From: Octopus bimaculoides
Taxonomy: Eukaryota
NCBI RefSeq assembly: GCF_001194135.2
Contig: NC_068988.1
Span: 94,335,719-94,399,718 of the forward strand
Reading direction: 5' to 3'
DNA: 64,000 nt
Part shown: in pieces, positions 63,290 to 64,000 of the stretch
Layout: every line of letters begins with the position of its first letter
Position numbering within the stretch: position 1 is the first letter of the stretch
Notes under the pieces: generated by a model
The model's input: the letters and a program-made list of their open reading frames with translations, nothing else
Database searches by the model: none
What the model was told of the DNA's origin: nothing
Translations under genes and position numbers: made by a program

Positions 63290-64000
63290 ATTATTTCCAA
63301 AAAAATCTAATTGTGAAGACAGTAATCCGAAATGTAGCTGGGTGAGATTTCCACACGAAGAAAAGGAAGTAGAACAAGAACAGGAAATAGCAGAGTGGCC
63401 AATAAGTCGTTAGGAAAGGAAAAACTGCCCAGAAGAAGCTCAATTTTATTTAGTGGAAGGAAAGATTGTTACAGAGGAAGAAAAGAACTTTCTACAACTT
63501 CTGAATGAGACACGAAAGAGTGAAAAAAGATGCTGCCGGACCTGAGAAGAATCGAAGGAGAAAAACCAAGTAAAATAAGGAATATGATGGAGAAACAGTC
63601 AACGAAACTCTATATTGAAAATTCAACAGAGCTGCAAATGAATCGCTGGGTGAAAATTCATGACTTTTTCCAGAGAGAGTAGTTCTCTCCGCAACTCTTC
63701 GTCACTGCATCAATCCCTCTGACAATTATAATGAGGAAATCTAGACCTGCGTCTGAGTTCACCAAAACCAAGGTGAAAATAAACCACCTACTTTATATGG
63801 ATGACCTCAAACTATATACAAAATAATGAGAAGGGGCTGGATTCTTTGATCCAAACAGTAATAGTATTCAGCAAGGATACTGGAATGCAGTGTGGGCGAA
63901 ATGATTGCGCAGGTGCAGGGCCAATTGGGAAGAGAGATCGGACGATAAATTCTGATGGAATGAAATTACGGCAAGACATCATCATTAGATCGCTGTGGAA
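63290..64000 (+). pseudogene. R4/Dong-clade element, internal fragment with RT motifs 4-5
   Basis: From 63668: FQRE*FSPQLFVTASIPLTIIMRK..KINHLLYMDDLKLY(fs)NEKGLDSLIQTV..FSKDTGM. The YMDD catalytic motif is present; stops and a frameshift. Confidence 0.88.

Overview
AT-rich, microsatellite-saturated eukaryotic DNA with seven N gaps. It is most likely intergenic or deep-intronic sequence of a coleoid cephalopod (Octopus-like); this is inferred from the SINE families, LINE clades and the (AT)n/(AAT)n load. I recognise no host protein-coding gene. Nearly all ORFs in the supplied track are translations of microsatellites or of N gaps. The window is a mosaic of tRNA-derived SINEs of at least four families, dead non-LTR retrotransposon pieces (R4/Dong with RT and RLE-endonuclease ends, L1-Tx1 endonuclease, CR1/L2-group 3' end), Tc1/mariner and Tigger-like DNA elements, and a probable Helentron-type end. 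The most interesting signal lies between 48.6 and 56.4 kb, where three different Penelope-type terminal repeats each carry a minimal type-I hammerhead ribozyme motif. One is fused behind a tRNA-like Pol III head inside a foldback. One has a variant core (CUGUUGA). One truncated copy begins exactly at the predicted self-cleavage site. Two promoter-like spots (about 2.1-2.45 kb and 30.75-31.42 kb) are weak hints of an unannotated host transcript. Repeat-family names come from my recognition of motifs, not from a database search.
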